A stretch of DNA of 60,478 nucleotides, counting the filler, from Catajapyx aquilonaris (Eukaryota): assembly GCA_000934665.2 (NCBI GenBank). It is 2 parts of 2 records of this genome, joined end to end, with 100 filler letters (N's around TTAATTAATTAA, not from the genome) between each part and the next. Parts side by side here need not be neighbours in the genome. Positions count along the whole stretch, not along the records: positions 30,264 to 60,478 come from JYFJ02004676.1; 1 more part is not named here. The stretch is one strand, 5' to 3'. Of this stretch, positions 50,015 to 60,478 are shown in pieces (positions within the stretch are counted from its first letter, which is position 1; each line of letters starts with the position of its first letter). Position numbers and translations under genes: made by a program. Under the pieces are notes generated by a model. That model was not told where the DNA came from. It saw only the letters and a list, made by a program, of their open reading frames with translations, and made no database searches.

Positions 50015-51270
50015 TCAATTCTTTTGCACGTAGTACTTGGCAGGCACAAATGGCATCTTTGTCACCTTGACCTCCGACCTCTTACCTCTGACCTCGACGG
50101 TCAGCTCCGTTCCCACCTTTGCGTTTGCTTTATTCACGTACGCCATTGCGACATTGACTCCCAGTGATGGCGACGGACACCCACTAGTGACCTCCCCGAC
50201 CTTTACATCTCCAACCCACAGTGTGGCCCCACGCCTCGGTGGCGGCCCATCCTTTCCGACAAACCCAATTCGCTTCGACTTGACCTTTGCCGGCTCCTTC
50301 AACTGCCCCAGAACCACATCAGCGCCAGGAAACCCGGCCTCCTTGCGCCGCCTGGCTGCCACCAGCCAAGCCAACCCGGCCTCAATCGGCGTCACCTCCT
50401 CATTCATATCATTGCCGTACAGACACAAACCTGCTTCCAATCGCAACGAGTCTCTTGCCCCAAGCCCAGCAGGTCTGACCTGACCTAGACATGAAGCCAA
50501 GAGGCGCTCGGCCATATCCGAAGCCGTATCGGAGGGTATGGATAGCTCAAACCCATCCTCGCCGGTGTATCCGCATCGGGTAATCCGGCATGGGATGCCC
50601 GCAAGAAGCGTGAGGGTCGATCGCATGAACTGTAGGGCTCGCAGGTCTTCTTTCAGGAAGGACTGAAGGACACGGGCGGACTCCGGCCCCTGGACGGCCA
50701 GAAGGGCACGGTCGGTTATTTCCTCCACAGTCACATCCTGTCCATTGGAGCGCATTTCGGCAGCACGGGTTTGCAGCAGTTGGGAGTCTTTCGTGCGACA
50801 TCCAGCGTTGGACACTACGTACAGCTCATCTGAAATGTTCAGTGGTTAATATCCGCATGGCACATTGTGACGTACGTACCTTCCGCCGCTTTGGTGATGA
50901 TCAAGTCGTCGACAATCCCACCCTTCTGGTTGGTGAACACCGTAAGCGACGAGGTTCCTTCCCCCATTCCCTTAACGTCGGCCACGGTGATTGACTCCAT
51001 GAAGTCCGCCGCATGCTTACCCCGTACTGTACTCTGCATCATATGCGATACGTCGAACACCCCGCAGTGTTCCCGGACATGCCTGTGCGACTCAGTCAAA
51101 CCTTCCTTTCCGTACAGGACAGGCAGCATGTACCCTGCAAAGTCGACCATCTTCCCCTGCTTGGACACATGGAAGTCGTACAGGCATGTCCTAAGCGGTG
51201 TGGTCGTGCTGGTGCTGAGTGTACGGCGGACCAAGTGTCGCCATAGTAGGGTGCGGTGCAGGGCAGCCAT
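50015..51270 (-). CDS. AMT: Mitochondrial aminomethyltransferase (glycine cleavage system T protein)
   Basis: Exons 51270-50880 and 50829-50015 (50-bp intron). Motifs FDVSHM, TRCGYTGEDGFE, GLGARDSLRLEAGLCLYGND, VTKMPFV. Confidence 0.96.
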
Positions 51271-51812
51271 GGTGGGTACACTTGAGGAGCACTGTGAAGG
51301 TCGACTGAGTGAGAGATAATTAATCAGGAGATGATGATGAAGAAAGAAGAAAAAAAAATTGGCTGATTAGGATTGAACACGTTTCGTAATGGGCGCCGCC
51401 ATATTGGGGCCAATCAGGGACGAGCAGGGTTGCCAGACGCATCACTCGCCACACTTTGACCTCTGACCTCATCAGTTTGTTTCCCTACCAGAAATCTAAT
51501 TAAAAGCAGTGTCCTGATTAGATAGCACTCGATATCCTGACCTAAGAGCAATAATTGTGGAATGCGGGGTTGCCAGATGGGGAATAAAACCAAAAAAAAT
51601 GGCGGCAAATCGACTTATACTACTCGATATCGTCCATCACCGACTGTGTGGACGATGCTGGTGCACTTTGGATCGATGGTATCATCATATTTTTGAAAAA
51701 ATGGGGGGCGTCCAGAAGAGGATGGGAAGATGAATCAGATGCAGTCTATAGTAGTTTATTTCGCATTGTGATTACATGTTACCAGCAGGTATAGGTGTGG
51801 GGAGCCAGCTGG

Positions 51813-52306
51813 TTAATAGTAAGTCGGTCCTGGTGCTGCAGTAACTGTCTGATAGATCTGAAAAGCTTCCTGAAGGTCTTCCCACCGACTGCCGAGAACA
51901 TCTTGATATGGTTGAAAAAACTCCTTGGCTAATTGGATCAAATACTGATCCTCGCTTTGGATGTTCGCAATAAACTGAGGATTAATAGGAAAAATTTAGT
52001 GGGTTTGCTAACAGCATCACTCTAGCTGCAGGGTGAAATCGATGGAGGGAAAAATTGAGTTCGGTTTACCACATCGGCCATACGGCGAATAAATTTGTCA
52101 CTGTTGAAGAGGTAAGGAGACAGATCATCCCAGTGATTCAGAGCCCACTCGTAGAGTGGTCCATTTTCGGGGCCTATGATGAACTCCACTGGTGGCAGCA
52201 TGGTCAGACGAGGAAGTTGAAAGAAAGGCCTATTGCCATTGAATTGAAGAGGCCAGGTGGAAGCGACGGTGGCAATGGCCACGATGATAAGGACCGAGAG
52301 CCTCAT
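51813..52306 (-). CDS. Small secreted helical protein (132 aa), single-unit paralog of the adjacent repeat protein
   Basis: Exons 52306-52070 and 51974-51813 (phase 0). Signal peptide MRLSVLIIVAIATVAS. TATA near 52480, non-coding first exon, AATAAA near 51755. Confidence 0.8.
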
Positions 52307-53345
52307 CTGAAAATCATTGTTAGAGAATTACACTTCAAATAATAATACCAAAAAATCAGGCGACTTCAAAATGTGAGAGTTTGAAGGTTTAATGATACCT
52401 TACCTTTTTTTTCTCTGCTATTCGACAACTCTTTGGCGCAGTTTTGTCTGAATGTAGTGCAGTATTAGACACATAGCTTTATATACTCTGTATTTCGGGA
52501 GGGAAGCTGTTGGAATAAATACACTTTTTTAATTACATTTATTGTTAGTCTCTGAAACGATTTTGTTGCATACTAAAGTAACTGTTGCAACAAGTGAAAT
52601 GGCCAGATTAAGTAGCATATTTTTAAAAAGAACTTCTGGGTGGTATTGGAACACGTGCGCATGTTACCACACTGAGCAGTGATTTATTACCTGAAATGAA
52701 ATGTATTGTCTCCCCAACGCTTTATGTAGTAGTTAAGTACTAATATGCTGTTGGCTGGTATACAGTTAATGTTGTAATCATTAGTAAGTGCATGTACTGC
52801 CAGAATGCAAATGCTATAGAATGTGAGCGATGTGAAGTACGTCAATAAACACTTATGCAGTTGTGATGGACGATGTGACATCAAGATGTTCTTTGGTACA
52901 GAACAAGTTTATGAGGACACTAACAGCCAATAAATCTTATCAGTTATGGTGAAACGTAAGAGTGGCGTTACAAGATGAGTACTGCTTGATATCAGCCAAC
53001 AAATATAATAATCTGCCCTTGAAATCCTTTGCTGTTATTCAAGTTATAAAACTGCAACCCTTCAGTTTCAAGACGGATAAAAACAGACGCAATATGGCCA
53101 AGTCACCTTGGAAAAATTGAGCAAGACAATCAGCCATTATCATCCTTACCACACTCATGTGATAGCTACTGTTATTAGCTATGGGGAAATAATATTCTAT
53201 CGTATAATAATCATTAAAACGCCTTTTTTTTATTTGTGTACAGAAACAAAAGGAGTATTATTTCCTAAGTGTCACATATCTTTGAACAAAAATATAGATG
53301 TCTTCTGAGTCTGCATTTTGTGGGAAGTGAAGAGATTGAAGCTTC

Positions 53346-54775
53346 TTAAATGTTGGGGAAGTACTTGTGGATGGCATCGACCAACTTCTGCCACAGCTCG
53401 CCCAGCTCCTCCTGGTAGTGGCTGAAGAAATCCTTGATATTCTTGGCAAGTTCTGGATCCATCTGGGCAACGTCATCAATGGCCTGAAAGGAGAGTTTAA
53501 CATTATTTATAAAAGGTCACAAAATATCATTTGCAGGCTGTATCCGCAACCAATTATCTGAGAAACGATCTGCAGAGAGCACCTAAATGAAAAGTGATGA
53601 TGTAACTAGCTATATCAAGTGCCCAAAATAGTTACATACCAGCTGAGCCAGCTCCTGCAGAAGACCCTTGATATCTCCCTTCTCAATGAAAGGCTTGATG
53701 TCGTCCCATCGCTTCATCACCCATGCAAGAACCTGCTGGTACTTTGTGGTGAAGAGTTCCTTCAGGTCACTGTACAGCTTCTTCAGGTCATCCCAGAAGG
53801 TTCCGTCGAGCTTTGCAGCTGCCAGCTCCTTCTCGTCAACAAGGTCTGGGAAGTACTTGTGGATGGCATCCAACAGCTTCTGCCACAGGTCACCCAACTG
53901 CTTCTGGTACTTGCTGAAGAAATCCTTGATCAGCTTGGCAAGGTCGGGGTTCATCTTCGAAACGTCATCAATGGCCTGAAGAGACGGTTATGTTACAAAA
54001 TTATAGTTCATAAGGATTCAGACACAAGTGGTGAGTTTCGTCTTACCAGCTGGGCCAGCTCCTTCAGAAGGCCTTCGATGTCTCCCTTCTCAATGTAAGG
54101 CTTGATGTCGTCCCATCGCTCCATCACCCATGCAAGGAGCTCCTGGTACTTTGAGGTGAAGAGTTCCTTCAGGTCATTGTACAGCTTCTCCAGGTCATTC
54201 CAGAAGCTTCCGTCGCGCTTTGCAGCAGCCAGCTCCTTCTCGTCAACAAGGTCTGGGAAGTACTTGTGGATTGCATCCAACAGCTTCTGCCACAGGTCGC
54301 CCAGTTCCTTCTGGTACTTGCTGAAGAAATCTTTTATAGCCTTGGCAAGGCTGGGGCTCATCTTCGAAACGTCATCAATGGCCTGAAGAGACAAAAATTT
54401 TGTGTTTATGAAGATCGTAAGGATTCAGCCACATTTTTGATGTGAGTTTCTGGGGATAATAATTTTACTCACCAGCTGAGCCAGCTCCTGCAGAAGACCC
54501 TTGATATCTCCCTTCTCAATGTAAGGCTTGATGTCGTCCCATCGCTCCATCACCCACGCAAGGAGCTCCTGGTACTTTGAGGTGAAAAGTTCCTTCAGGT
54601 CAGTGTACAGCTTCTTCAGGTCATCCCAGAAGGTTCCGTCCAGCCCAGCGGCGGGAAAGGCAACATTGGCCACCTGAGGCTGGATGACACTCGCCAAATG
54701 AGGCTGGATGATCCCAGATGGAAAAGAGTGGACAAGGCCCACACATGCAACAAGGGCAATCAGGAGGAGCTTCAT
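53346..54775 (-). CDS. Secreted 370-aa protein with three tandem ~112-aa amphipathic-helix units
   Basis: Exons 54775-54473, 54382-54047, 53975-53640 and 53483-53346, all phase 0. The two middle exons are both 336 bp. Signal peptide MKLLLIALVACVGLVHS. Confidence 0.9.
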
Positions 54776-55796
54776 CTGAAAACACGTTTAAAATGAGGTT
54801 AACAAATCAACAGCAAATTGGTATAGTGAGACATACCTTGATCGACTGTCCAGAAATAGGTAGCCTGGTAACCGAGTTACCTGGGCTTAAATACTTCACT
54901 TATCTTCATTTTTGCCACTTGAGTTTGAGTGGACAGGCCGATAAGTTGAAATCTATGAGTAGTTTTTCTTGCGTATCTTCTGCCGAAATGGCGACAGATA
55001 GTTGTCTACAGATAGAGAGGGCTGTTCAAGGTATCAGGTGGTCGTCAGAGGTTGAGACATCCTCTCGGTATAGTTTACTCTTTGCAATATCCGCGTCCAA
55101 CAGTCAAAAGTCATAATTTACACATCGGGTGATTCTCTCATAAAACAATGACTGTGAAGGTGATCAGACATAATCACCAGCAGTGTTAAAATATGTAAAA
55201 ATCAAACACAAAATGCATGTCATGTTCTTTAGTTCACCATAAATCGCTAAGGGCCAGATTGTGTGAACTTGAAAGGTTAACCACATAAGAGCTAACCCAT
55301 TAGTTAATTTTAACCAATGTTCACAGAACCTATATTCAAAGTTGTAGTTATGAATGTATTATCTGGAATATTAGGTCAACTTCAGACAATATTTAAACAT
55401 GATAGGTACTGCTTGTTACACATTATTGTCTTATTGCAATTTTTTTCACGATAAAAATCGCCTGAGTCTAACTCGTAAGATAAGGAAGTCTCAATAGACG
55501 GTTATATGGACAGGTCAAGAGCCTATTTAGAAACCTTGTCTTCTGCACTCTCCTGTCTTCTATTCTGTGTGCAAATAATCTTATCTAATATGGGGGTCCT
55601 CCTTCTAAAGATTCAAAGTTCCTTATGGTTTTGACGTCGACTGGAGCAAGTTCTGACTTTGTCCAACAACAAATGTGTCATGATCTGGCCCACTGATTAG
55701 GAATCGGCTGCCCTTGTGAAAGTGTCTGATACTATTCATGGTCAAAGTCATACACGTGGAGAGCACTAGTGGAGGAAAAGTAAAGGGCTTTGGCAG

Positions 55797-56306
55797 CCCA
55801 CGGACACTTATACTACGTTCTGGCGTTATCACCTGCCGAGGCATTTTGCAGCGGGTCCTCACCTGAGACCGCCAGGAGACATTTAGGAGGCCACGATAAG
55901 TGGCGACCCTACCGGATTAGGCTGAACTTTACAGGTATACGAAAGGGAAGCGCTACATGTTGGGCCCCCCAATGTAGCCCTCCCCTTTCGTACCTATAAA
56001 GTTCAGCCTTAGTCCTGTGGGGTCGCCACTTATCGTGGCCTCCGAAATGTCTCATGGCGGTCTCAGGTGAGCATCCACTGCAAAATGCCTCGGCAGGGGG
56101 TGGCCGGGTGGGCGGGAGTGACCAGACCTTACTTATATGACCGTGCCCTCCCCTTTCGTACCTATTAAGTTCAGCCTAATCCGGTAGGGTCGCCACTTAT
56201 CGTGGCCTCCTAAATGTCTCCTGGCGGTCTCAGGTGAGCACCCGCTGCAAAACTCCTCGGCAGGGGGTGGGTGGGAGTGACCAGTCCTTACTTATATGAC
56301 CGTGGG
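55797..56306. mobile_element. Foldback element (Mutator-like) with a tandemly duplicated right arm
   Basis: Left arm 55797-~55950 is the reverse complement of right arms ~55977-56144 and ~56145-56306. Degenerate 9-bp flanks CTTTGGCAG / CTTTGGTAA. Confidence 0.75.
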
Positions 56307-56594
56307 CTTTGGTAAGATCATTCGTAGATGCAACTTACTATCTTTTTAGTATGTCACTAAAATTGCTATTTATTATTTATTACCAATGTAGAGCGCTATA
56401 ATCCGGCATTCTCACGATGTCACGATATCGCATGGGGCCATCAATAAGCAATATCAAAATCAAAGTTTTGGGAGCCATCTTTGACTTGAAATTTTTGGAT
56501 TTCTTAAAAATGAACATGACCATCCCATAGAGCGTAAGATTACCCTTCCAATCCACATATCAAAATATGATAAATTTGACCTGACATTCTAGGA

Positions 56595-56805
56595 CATTGG
56601 TGTCCAACCTGGGGGTCGCGACCCTTAGTTCAACTCTTTTTTTTTTTTTCAATTTCTGTGTAAATTGAACCATTTTTGCGGCTGTGCAGAGTGTATGTTT
56701 TCTGAAAATGGGTCAGTTGTAGAAGGGGCCCGGGGGGAGGGGGGTTCGCACATATTTGGAAACGTGTTTAGGGGGTCGCAGTTGATAGAAGGTTGGAAAC
56801 CATTG
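56595..56805. mobile_element. hAT (Charlie-like) MITE
   Basis: TIRs CATTGGTGTCCAACCT / AGGTTGGAAACCATTG. 8-bp TSD TTCTAGGA / TTCTAGGT. GGGGTCGC subterminal motifs. Confidence 0.8.
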
Positions 56806-57170
56806 TTCTAGGTCGAGGAGATATGGCCGTCAAAGTGGCCGCGAACGGAACAAAAATGCTCGAAAATTGGCACATTTGACACCCTGTAGCTATACAACCA
56901 CGCAACGCAGAGGTATTATAATTGGGATTACCATATACGTATATGTATGTGTGTATACAGTATATGACCCATGTCCTGGATTCACTGCACCGGAGTTCGA
57001 AGAAAAATAGAAAGAAAAATAATACAGAAAATATGGTGGTGTCCCACAAATTAATCCTTGATCAGGTGGTCGTACATTTGGATCGATTTCCTGATTGCAT
57101 CTACGAATATATCTTGAGCCTCCCTTTTTTACACGTCTCATCGCCGTAAATTCAACGCATCCGCCAATTA

Positions 57171-57745
57171 CAGTTAAACCTCTATTAGTCGAACTTCCGA
57201 AGTTCTCTATAAGTCGAATAAATAATGATGAGCTTGGTTGGTCACAATATAAAATAATGGGAAATTAACTTCCCTAACTCGAATTTCTATAACTCGAAGT
57301 GCAGGCAGGGCCTTACGATGGGATGTCAATGCATTTTCAGTCTCCCTAAGTCGAAGTTCATGATGGCGAGAGTCAGCCGAAGGGTCGAGAGTTGTAGGCC
57401 ACATGTACAGAAAGGCTCGATTTCCTGATATCCGTCTACCAGCCAGACGTAACGAAAGAAGTGTTTGACTCGATTGTGACAATTGAATCCTTGAATCTAA
57501 GAGTATAGAGCAAATGTCCATAACGGAGATTTTTTTGCAACAAAACAATGAAGAACATTGTATGTGTGATAGTGACAGTTATTTTTAACTTTTAATTTTT
57601 GAACACCTTTCGTCGCTGGATATTATAAAGGTATAGGCTTCCTTATAGAGTGGTTATAAGAGTCCAAACTTCTCTAACTCGAATCTTCTATAACTCGAAG
57701 TTTTTTTCCGGTCCCATGAAGATTCGACTTATAGAAGTTTCCCTG
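57171..57745. mobile_element. Tigger/pogo-like MITE
   Basis: TA-CAGTTAAACCTCTATTAGTCGAA ... TTCGACTTATAGAAGTTTCCCTG-TA, with internal TAACTCGAA repeats and GGTCCC. Confidence 0.75.
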
Positions 57746-58399
57746 TACGCTAATTGGCCACCTCACGTGAGTTCGTATCGTATGGTCTTTCCGGGTTTTG
57801 TGGGATTTGAAGGTAGACTTCCAGACACAAATAAATACACACACACACACAAAAAAGTATTTATAAAAGTTACTCACAGTGTTGAAAACAAAATTCCGCA
57901 CCACCATGCATCTGTATACGTACAATTCTGAAGTTCTTCAGGGCAAACATATGGACCGAGGTGGGGGCGTGAGGTGGGGTTGGGGGGTCAAGGGGTCAAA
58001 AATTATTCTGAAAAAAACACACACACACCCACACATATATGGCTGTACATACTTTTCCTGGGCCATCGGACTCGATCGTGGGACGGGCGGCTCCTCTGGA
58101 GGGTACTTTGTACAAACTACAGAGTACAGTACATGAATAGGCCAAATGACATGAGGTAATTCGTATGGGAAATAATATTATTTATTATTATACCCCTTGC
58201 TCAGGACATCAGCAGTCCTGTTTCGGGGGACACATATCGTTCACAATTTCTATGTTTTACAACTTTAATAGGGTTTATATTTACATTTTCTACTTCGGTT
58301 CTGATTAATACATTAAAAACTTTATTATTTTGTTTACATTTTGAAAAAAAAGGAAATACAAAATATGTTTATTTGTTCTTGAAAAGGAAGATGGAAATG

Positions 58400-58700
58400 C
58401 GTAGGAGGATAGGAGGGCAAGTCGTACAACTAGAGCTGAACTAGAGTTTCTTTTTCTGGGGACCTCAAAATATATACATTCATATATTATCAGGTACGCT
58501 GTCAGAGGTTCTTGCATGTTGCACCATTCACAAAAATCGTCATCGTGTAATTATTTTATAGCACTGTCTTTCATACATAAGAATTTTGTGTTATTTCTTA
58601 GATTACATATCATTCTAGTCTGTATTATCGGTAAACCATCAACAAATAATAGTGTTCTTGCTCGAAGCTGGATTTAATTTCTCTGTAATGTGTGTATCGG
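58400..58700 (-). mobile_element. Possible degenerate 3' end of a non-LTR retrotransposon ORF2
   Basis: Frame reads LHDDDFCEWCNMQEPLTAYLIIYECIYFEVPRK, resembling a decayed C-terminal CCHC knuckle. Boundaries are uncertain. Confidence 0.3.
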
Positions 58701-59467
58701 GTGGTTTGCTGTAGTACCATATTCATGTAATATTAGTTTTTTGGTATATGTTTATGGTTTCAATGTTTGAAGTTATATCTATGGAAAGGTCACTCCAGTT
58801 TGCATGCAAAGATCCAGCTTTCCCTGAGTGTTGGATTTTCTAGGTTGGTTTTCACGGAGTTATTATAAGCTTCTTTTACTAGTCATCTGGTTGTCCAGAT
58901 CAATTAATTTTTGCATGTTATTAATGACTGATTTTATTAGCACTGATTATGAGTTAAGGGTAGTATTCCTGTTTCCAAAATACAGATACCGTAAAATAAT
59001 TTGCTGTGTTTTGGCAGACCAAGAAATTTTTCAAAGAAAATTTGTGTCGGGTATTCATGTCATCCTTTTCCTTATCATCCTATCCTCTGCGTGGCCTGAC
59101 CAGTCACCAGAGGATTCATTAAACTGGTCTTACGAGATGGCCAGGTGGATTGTTCCTGGTCATCACTGGTAACCCCATCTTGGGAATATGCCATGAGTGT
59201 AATAATGAAAATTATTTTTGGTGTATTTTTTTGGATTGTTTTATTAATTTCCAGAAAATATTAGGTGCTTTAGTATTCAGTAGCTTGCGTATGGAAAATA
59301 TACGTACTATATGAGAGTACAATAAATTTCACAAGCATATAATTAATCAGTAATTTCCATGTATGAAATAGAACGTGCGGCACATTTTGGCAGATATTTT
59401 GGTTATCACGACTACAATGCAAAAATTATTACATACAGTATTTGACCATGCTCCAATAGCTATACTA

Positions 59468-59774
59468 GGGACAAGATAACTCATGTGTTTTGGGCGTGGC
59501 TTGTGTCCTTGGCAACCATAATGAGCCCCGACCCCTGCTGAGTTTTTTTTATATGGAATTTAGAACGATTGGCGGGGAAATATTTCCCACCTGCTTGGTT
59601 ACCAATATTGCACAAGTGTAAACAAACTCATCTCATTCTTGAGGTTTTAGAACATAACGCCCATCTCCTTTGAAATCGAATCCTGATTGGTCGACCGGTA
59701 TAGAGGGCGGGCTAATAAATTATGGTTGCCAAGGACACAAGCCACCTCCCAAAACGCATGAGTTATCTTGTCCG
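59468..59774. mobile_element. TA-flanked MITE with ~55-bp TIRs
   Basis: GGACAAGATAACTCATG...TTGGCAACCATAAT / ATTATGGTTGCCAAGG...CATGAGTTATCTTGTCC. Confidence 0.8.
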
Positions 59775-59966
59775 TATACTGTACAGCCGTAATATTGAGA
59801 TCAGTACTAAAATGAATAATTCAGCATATGACTAGTGAACGGACTACAGACTGCAGAGTACATGAATAAACCAAAATCACCTAAGGAAAGGCGTACAGGG
59901 AATCTAATGTACAAGCGCAATTAACAGAAATTAAGTTTTCCAAATAAATAGAGGTATACCCTAAAC

Positions 59967-60223
59967 CAGGGGTATTCAACTAGTTTCTGACAAGGTCCAG
60001 TATTTACCTTCCTGGGCCATTGAAGGTCCGGACCCCCCCCCCCCAGGGGGGGGGGGAATATATAGATTTTATATGGTACCACAGGGTTAATATTCGAAAA
60101 TANGGGGGGGGGCATTTCGCAAGCACAAGGTGAGCAAGCCGTAAATGGCGGGGAGCGAGAAATTTTTTGGGGGTTCAAGGTCACACGAGCTTAGGTGAAA
60201 TGTGGGAGATTTGAATAGGTGTG
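59967..60223. mobile_element. Possible hAT-like MITE
   Basis: CAGGGGTATTCAA ... TTGAATAGGTGTG imperfect ends, with GGTCCGG motifs inside. No clear TSD. Confidence 0.35.
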
Positions 60224-60335
60224 TATTTGATGAGTAAGTAATTTATCATGCTATTTCAAACTGTCCTGTATATTGTCGCGGTCCGGACAAAATTGCGTCG
60301 CGGTCCGGATCCGGACCGCGCAAGGGGGTAATCAC

Positions 60336-60442
60336 TTCGGTACTCCGGTGTACACCTGCAGTGGTACTCTTCGGTACTCCTTTGGTACTCCTTGGTACTC
60401 CTTGGTACACCTTGGTACTCTTCGGTTAGTTCGGTACTCTTC
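60336..60442. repeat. Short tandem repeat (GGTACTCCTT-like, 10-12 bp unit)
   Basis: Repeated GGTACTC/GGTACAC units. Confidence 0.7.
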
Positions 60443-60478
60443 GTCGGAAGGCGCGACGATATAGAATTGATATGCTTA

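Noticed and set aside
20817..54386. Long antisense ORFs over CTL, NUBPL, EPS8, AMT and the repeat gene (e.g. 20817-21263, 25601-26062, 50037-50483, 53619-54098)
   Set aside because: These are shadow ORFs expected opposite GC-rich coding exons, with no independent motifs or splice support.
55797..56306. Hammerhead or HDV-like ribozyme in the repeated unit
   Set aside because: No CUGANGA/GAAA core or HDV L3/J4-2 pattern was found by eye. The inverted-arm geometry explains the structure.

Overview
Eukaryotic genomic DNA from an invertebrate, most likely an arthropod (short 50-100 bp GT-AG introns, an arthropod-type EPS8/arouser C-terminus, a vitellogenin-like gene). No prokaryotic systems or CRISPR arrays are present. 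The window is two contigs joined by an artificial N/TTAATTAATTAA/N linker at 30164-30263. The left ~17 kb is TE-rich. It holds a stop-containing DUF4806-like spliced relic, two paralogous C2H2 zinc-finger loci (each with a lesion), many MITE/foldback elements, a tRNA-derived SINE, and a young Gypsy-like LTR element with gag, half a protease and an env-like transmembrane tail but no RT/RH/IN. Next come an uncharacterised membrane-anchored gene, a choline transporter-like gene, NUBPL/Ind1 and the 3' end of a PRRC2-like gene. The right contig holds the 5' end of a vitellogenin/LLTP gene with a duplicated upstream region, ARMH1, EPS8 (candidate alternative starts and ends), AMT/GCST, a pair of related secreted cysteine-free amphipathic-helix genes that I cannot assign to a known family, and further MITEs. 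Exon models were derived by hand from splice sites and reading-frame continuity. Family names come from remembered motifs, not from database searches.
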